Source: the human T2T-CHM13v2.0 reference genome, Homo sapiens
Length of the DNA stretch: 64,000 nt
Reading direction: 5' to 3' (one strand)
Assembly: GCF_009914755.1 (NCBI RefSeq)
Contig: NC_060928.1
Shown: positions 57,386-64,000 of the stretch, piece by piece
Numbering within the stretch: the stretch's first letter is position 1
How the letters are laid out: each line of letters begins with the position of its first letter
Notes under the pieces: generated by a model
The model's input: the letters and a program-made list of their open reading frames with translations, nothing else
Told to the model about the DNA's origin: nothing
The model's database searches: none
Made by a program: the position numbers and the translations under genes

Positions 57386-57560
57386 CAGTTTCCCTTCTTT
57401 GCTTTCAAAAGTGCTCATCTTGACTAAGTGAACTTCATAGAAGGTTGTCAGAGAAGATTGAATAGCCTTTGCCTTTCTATACCTATAGAGGGCCTCAACT
57501 ACTATTCTGTAGGAAACAGAGCGACCAGAACCAACCCCTCAACCTCCCTTCCAACCCAAA

Positions 57561-57598
57561 ACACACACACTCACACACACACACAGAGACACACATAC
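57561..57598. repeat. Interrupted (CA)n microsatellite
   Basis: acacacacactcacacacacacacagagacacacatac. Confidence 0.85.
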
Positions 57599-60500
57599 AA
57601 GCAAGCCTGGGCCGACAGTCATTCTCAAAGCAAATGTTATTTGTGTCTTATCCTTCCGACAAGGTGCTGCAATTCTCTCCTTTAGTTTCTAGCAGACTGT
57701 TCACTGTTTTCTCTTAACTTGGACAGTCAAGAAACTTGAGCCGCAAATTCTGAGCTAAAGCCTTTCCTTCCTGCTCCGGATAGATTTAGGTGGCCCGTAG
57801 CCTTCACAGCTTTTCCTGCTTAATAATACCTTGTTGCCTCTGACTCCTCTTAACTGTGTGCTTTATAGACATGGCAGCATTAATCCTCTCAAAACCACAG
57901 TACAGATGGCACCTCTCTTCGTTACTTTCCCCCAAAGAACCCCCTACTCCAATGTTGCTATTGCCTAGGGAGGAAGGAGAGCTTCTCTTTCTCCTTGATC
58001 ATATAGTTCAGATTTTGCTTCTAAGAGAAGATTGCACTGAGGAGTTTACAGAGTCTCTCAGAGGGAAGCGGGCTGCAGGACCAAGTCTGCAGAGACACTG
58101 CCGAGTAATTTAGGGGCTAATCAACTCTTTAGTGGTATTATCAGCTAAAGAGGTTTTTCCTTTTCCTCAAAATTTATCAACTGTGAATTGGCCTCATTCC
58201 CCTTTGTTTATTCTGATTAGCATGAAACTATGCTATCTCTAGGCTCCCCTCTCGGAGGGGAAATCTGAGCTGACAGAAGACCTCCTGTGGATTCTCTGCT
58301 TATCTCACATAATTTGTATTCCTGCCTCTAACCTAATTTTGCTGATCTTTTAAGAAGGAATCTCAGTGCCAGCCTTCTTATGCCCTGAGATTGTAACCTG
58401 GATGCTTTATAACCTAAGCCAGCGGGTTCTTTGAACTTAAGCATAAGCTACATGTATAAAGATGGTATTTTCCACACCAAACCCCAAATCAAAACACGAA
58501 AGATGGCAATGAAGGATGTCAATTATATGAAGACAGTCGAACAGAATGTTTAGGAACTATAAATCCACTCCTTATTTAGGACTAGACTGGATTTTATTAG
58601 ACTGAAATTCTGGGATATATGGTGACTGATTGTAGTGTTATAGATCCATTGTCTAAGTTTAGTTATCAAAATGGTGACTTATCCAGAGAGTAGCTAAGTA
58701 ACTTGATTTAGCATATTAAGGAACTCAGGAGGAGGAGAGGGTGAAGAGCCCAATGTGGCCCTAGTCAGCAATTGAACACTCCCAATAAATAGCTACTATA
58801 GTTTGAGCAATTTTGTAGAACACAGTGTTTGTAAAAGAAGAGCAAAGGAAGTTGCGTACCATTCCCGGAACTAAAGAAGAAGTATCAAAAAATTTTAAAA
58901 GAGACATCCATCATATAGGGAGATCTTGAAATATCTTCTTAGGCCAAGCATCTTCCTTCCCCTGCAAAATTTATTTTACTTCACCCCGTCAAGTTTGCCC
59001 CATCACCACTGTTCAATGGTAAAGAGTTTAAACATCTGAATCTCACTAAATAGGTGTTCCTCCTTGCCTTCATGTATGTCTGTCCCCCTTTATCTCTAAA
59101 AAGCTGCTTTAGAAGGGAATTCCTTATGAGGAATAGGAAGAACGTAGATGGGGGCGACTTATCTTCAGCCACCCTTTTAACACCTGTGCTGCTTTCCAAT
59201 AGGTCCTTGTTTCCTTTCAGACAAACAGCTGTCATGTACGCTGGGTAACTGTAGCTTTTCAGAGCTAAGGGCAATCTGTTACCCGTAATAAGGGCCCTGA
59301 CAAAGGTCTCCACTCTCTATGAAATCAGTAAGGTATCCCCCTCATCTGCTTCTCAAATCCAGCTCCAGGTACCAAATAGAGGCTTTGGGAGCAGATCCTT
59401 TTGACAAAGGCAAGCAATGGATTACTAGATTCTTAAATCACACAGTGGAAATCAGAAACAATGCTCACTGGACCAGATAATTGTGGATAATATCCCCAAT
59501 GGGGCACGTAGACACTTTGGGAGCAACTAGTTGCTGTCCTGTCCTAATTGAGAAAGCTTTTAGAGCAAATGATCACCAGTACTTCACATGGCTTATAAAT
59601 CTTTCTTCTTCAACTCCAACTTTACTTATGAAGACAACAGTCCTGTAAATTGAGCATTTGTTGCTCATATCCCAAAACACTGTGATCATGAAGTTGCTGA
59701 GTCCAGAGAATAGGAAGGTGAAGAGATGGGAGCTGCTCACTCCTGAAGGAAGTGCGATCTGGAGTGGGGGTTAAGACAGTGACTGTTAACCACAGTCTTC
59801 GGTTCCTCAAGTACCTCTTTTCACCTGCCATTTGCATTGAAGTCTGCCCTGTCTCACAGTGAACCCTACCACAGACTTCCACTCCCCCTCAACAGGAAAA
59901 CCTTCTCCTTTTTGAAGGTTCTACTTGACCATTCTGACCAGGAAAGACCCTGGTCTCACATGTGAGACGTTCAACTCAAACATTATTACACGTAAAAAAA
60001 AAAATTATTAGCTTATATAACTGAAAAATTCAGATAGAGTTGCACCCAGGTGTTCAAATGATGACACCAGAAACTTAGGTATATTCATCTGTTAACTCTG
60101 CTTTCTTCTACCTTAGAATCATTCTCAGGCCATCTCCTCCCCAAAAAGGCCACCACCAGCTCTGAGTTTACATTTCACTTCCTAATAACTCCACCACAAA
60201 GAACACACACCTTTCTTCATGGTTGTGTGTGGCCTGGGCCTGAGCCTGAGCCTCACTCTCGTTGGTCTGAATTAGGTCACCTGCCCAAAGGAAAACTGAA
60301 GTGCTGTCACCAGAAGAAAGGGGCTTGGATGCTGGGCAGGCAGAAAAACGGTCTACTATGGGAATAAGAATAGTTCTCCACAGCATTCAGCTTTAGTACA
60401 GTCAGATCATGTACTGCAGTAACTAGTTCATATGCTCATGGACTGTCACTTTCAGAAGGAATCTTCTTCTCTCTGTCTCCTCCTTCCTTGCCAAAGTATA

Positions 60501-61016
60501 GCCTTTTGACTTGACAAGAATACCAGTGCTGAACCTCTGATGTGCTTTTTAGTGCCCAAGATTAGCAAGGCAGCTATCTAATTCTCCCCATATACTTTTA
60601 AAAGCATCATTGCTTTTATTTAGCCTGCTGCGAAGACTCATTCGGCAAGGGGTTGCTTGACTTTAAATAGCTCTCCAAATGATGGTCTCACTATGCAAGC
60701 ACCAAAAGGCAATAGCTCGCCAGAGATAATTCTGTCTCTATGGAAACTTAAGATACTTTTTAACAAGATGATTTCTCCACAATGCATTGTCCCTGGCAGT
60801 CGTTACCAAGCTCCCATCTTCTCCAGAGGGAGATCTAGTCAGTTCCCTTTGACACCTTGCGTCCCTGTCTGGTCCTCCAGTGGCCAGCTCCCCCGTGGGC
60901 ACCTGAGACATGAGACTCAAGCCCTGTCCTGGAGACTGGCTGGTTGAGGGCACAAGAATGACTTTAAAAGATACATACTAAACTTTGTGCAAGAATGGTG
61001 GAATACCAAAGCATAA

Positions 61017-61373
<357 letters not shown>

Positions 61374-61593
61374 TAGAGCTATCTTTTATCCTTTAGAATT
61401 ATTACTTTTTGGGGGGTATATCAGGAAGATGTACCTAAGACAGGCCATTTTTTCAAGCCTCTAGGGGCTGATTACAGTTGAGAAGAAAGCACAAGTCAAC
61501 TGAGGTTATTCAGAAATAAGAAAGATAGAAATAAGAAATAAATAATTAGATAAATAAGCAAAAGAAGCAGAAATACAATTCGAACTGCAAGAA

Positions 61594-61900
61594 AGCTGGG
61601 TGCAGTGGCTCATACCTGTAATCCTATCATTTAGGGAGGCTGAGGCAGTTGGATTACTTGAGCCCAGGAGTTTGATATCAGCCTGGCCAGCGTAGCAAGG
61701 CCCCATCTCTACAAAAAATATAAAAATCAGGCAGGCGTGGTGGCACACGCCTGTAGTCCCAGCTACTCAGGAGGCTGAGGTGGGAGGATCACCTGAGCCT
61801 GGGGAGGTCAAGGCTGCAGTGAGCCATGATCGCGCCACTGCACTCCAGGCTGGATGAAAGAGTGAGACCCTGTCTCTCACACACACACACACACAAACAA
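61594..61900 (+). mobile_element. AluJ-like element with a (CA)n tail
   Basis: Forward Alu ending gagaccctgtctc(ac)n; TSD aactgcaa(g/t)aaa. Confidence 0.9.
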
Positions 61901-62581
61901 ACTGCAATAAAAAGTAGGAATGTGCTATCACTAGAAAAGGGGAGTGAAGGATTGAAAACAAATGGATGAAATATTAATATAAACATGAGAATGAGTATAA
62001 TGAATGGAGAGATCTATATTTGTAGATTACTCAATGAAAATAAGGAAATGTTTGAAAATAGAATTTTTAAAAATCTAGCAAGAAGGTGGGACTATTATGT
62101 TCTCTAAAAACAGATTTAAAAATAAAAATAATGAAATGGCAGGAAACAGCACTGGAAAGGAAGCGGGGGAGAGGGAGTTTAAAAAAAAAAATTACAAGAG
62201 ATCACAAGTATTTCCCAAAATGAATCCAGATATTATCAGACATAGAGTGGTGCTTACAGTCTCAGAGCATTACCCTGTATTATTCAGGTAGATGATGGTT
62301 TGGGGGGAAATTACTATTAATTTGAAAGACTCTACTGGATCCTACCTAAAGTAAGAAGGAGATTCAGGTTACTCTGAACCCTTTGGCTATCCACAGAATT
62401 TTAGAGGATAGTGAATCCCATTCTGGGGGAAGAACATCCAGCTTGTGCCCTATAAAGCAGAGGACTTCAGTAGCTTCCTGCTAGGACTCAAGGAACGTAA
62501 GGTTTAACCACTGCATCTTAATGGGTTTTAGAAGAAGAGGAAAATCAGAGCCACACGGGTTGGTACTAAAAGTCTCCCCTC

Positions 62582-62928
<347 letters not shown>

Positions 62929-63129
62929 TGAAGCTTAAGAATGTGGACGTGGGCACTGCGTGGCATCTCTTTAGAAACAGGCCTCCGGGCTACATGTCTT
63001 TCCATGTTAAGAACCCCTGCATTAAGGTAAGGGGTTTTATTAGAAGTCGTGGTACAGAGATACTACACTCTCATTGTCAGAAGAGTTAGCCACCATCAGT
63101 AACTTCGTGGGCATCTCGTGAATTCATAT

Positions 63130-64000
63130 GCACATTTATGTTATTAAACTTAAATAAATACTATTCTAAATTTGATTCTTCCAAGGACGATATCTTAGAG
63201 ATTTTTTTCATGCCCGTACACATAGGCCCATCTCATTCTTTACAACAGAAACCTGGTGTACTAATTAATTTCACCACTGCTACACTGACGATAATTTAAT
63301 TGTTTCTAATTTTTTTGCCCTTAGTATAGAGACAAATCTGTAGCGAATCTGTGTGTGTGTGTGTGAGTGTGTATCTGCATATGAATCTTTGTGTAAATGT
63401 ACAAATATTTCTTTAGGATGGATTTTTAGAGGTGAACTTGCTGGTTCAAAAGGTATTTTAATTTTTAATTTTGATAGCTACTGCTCAATTGCTTTGCAAC
63501 ACTTCATCAATCTGAAGGTGTTCATAGTCTATCTGTAATTATTGTAAGTAAACAAAAATGTTCAACAAAATGAAAAATATCAATTTCGTCTGATGAAAAT
63601 GACCCCATTTTTATCATTTTAATTTGCATTTTCCTAATTACTAGTTAGATTGATGATCTTTATATTTATTTCTTTTTTTGCTAATTGCTTATTTATTTCC
63701 CTTGTTTTTTTCTATTGAGCTGCTTGATACTTTCTTTTTAACTCTTAGGACTTCATTATATATTCTACTTATTCTTTGTTAGGTGTGTTGCAAATATTTT
63801 ATCCCAGGTGTTCACTTATCTTTTAACTTTGTAATTTATGGTGCATGCAGAAGCTTTCAGTTGATATGACATAAATTTGTCTGAGGTTTATCTTTTTAGT
63901 CGTGACTTCTGGGTTACGTGTCTTCTAAGTAGAGCCTTTCTGAGATGAGACATAGTGTTACAGGATTTCATATAATTTCTTCTAATACTTTTTATAATTC
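63130..64000 (-). mobile_element. Old L1M (L1ME-like) fragment, running off the window end
   Basis: T-rich, with ttgctggttcaaaaggtat, ttttaatttgcattttcctaattactagt, gttgcaaatatttt. Confidence 0.7.

Overview
This is primate (very probably human) genomic DNA from inside the teneurin-3 gene, TENM3, on the + strand. Neither end of the gene is in the window. Seven constitutive-looking coding exons can be delimited by GT-AG boundaries and consistent reading phase (14795-15009, 21456-21666, 22038-22139, 22334-22528, 23605-23805, 29975-30160, 55902-56048). They encode the extracellular stalk, all eight EGF-like repeats and the start of the cysteine-rich region. The 25.7-kb intron between EGF7 and EGF8 contains two frame-preserving microexons: 27 nt (AHYLDKIVK) and 18/21 nt with a NAGNAG acceptor (DKIGYK or ADKIGYK). 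They lie in a transposon-free block of about 5 kb carrying UGC, UGCAUG and YCAY motifs. These inserts match the known teneurin-3 'splice site A' variants as I recall them, so they are probably not new. The most novel-looking candidate is a CAG|GTAAGT site 212 nt before the EGF8 exon, which could be a recursive splice site or the donor of a 40-nt poison exon. The rest is intron filled with Alus, L1/L2/MIR fragments, a full-length Tigger1, MER44A, MER46A/Tigger4a, MER30 inside MER21, and a Zaphod/MER115-type element. All repeat calls are by eye from remembered consensus sequences, so subfamilies and boundaries are approximate. I see no evidence for a wholly new biological system.
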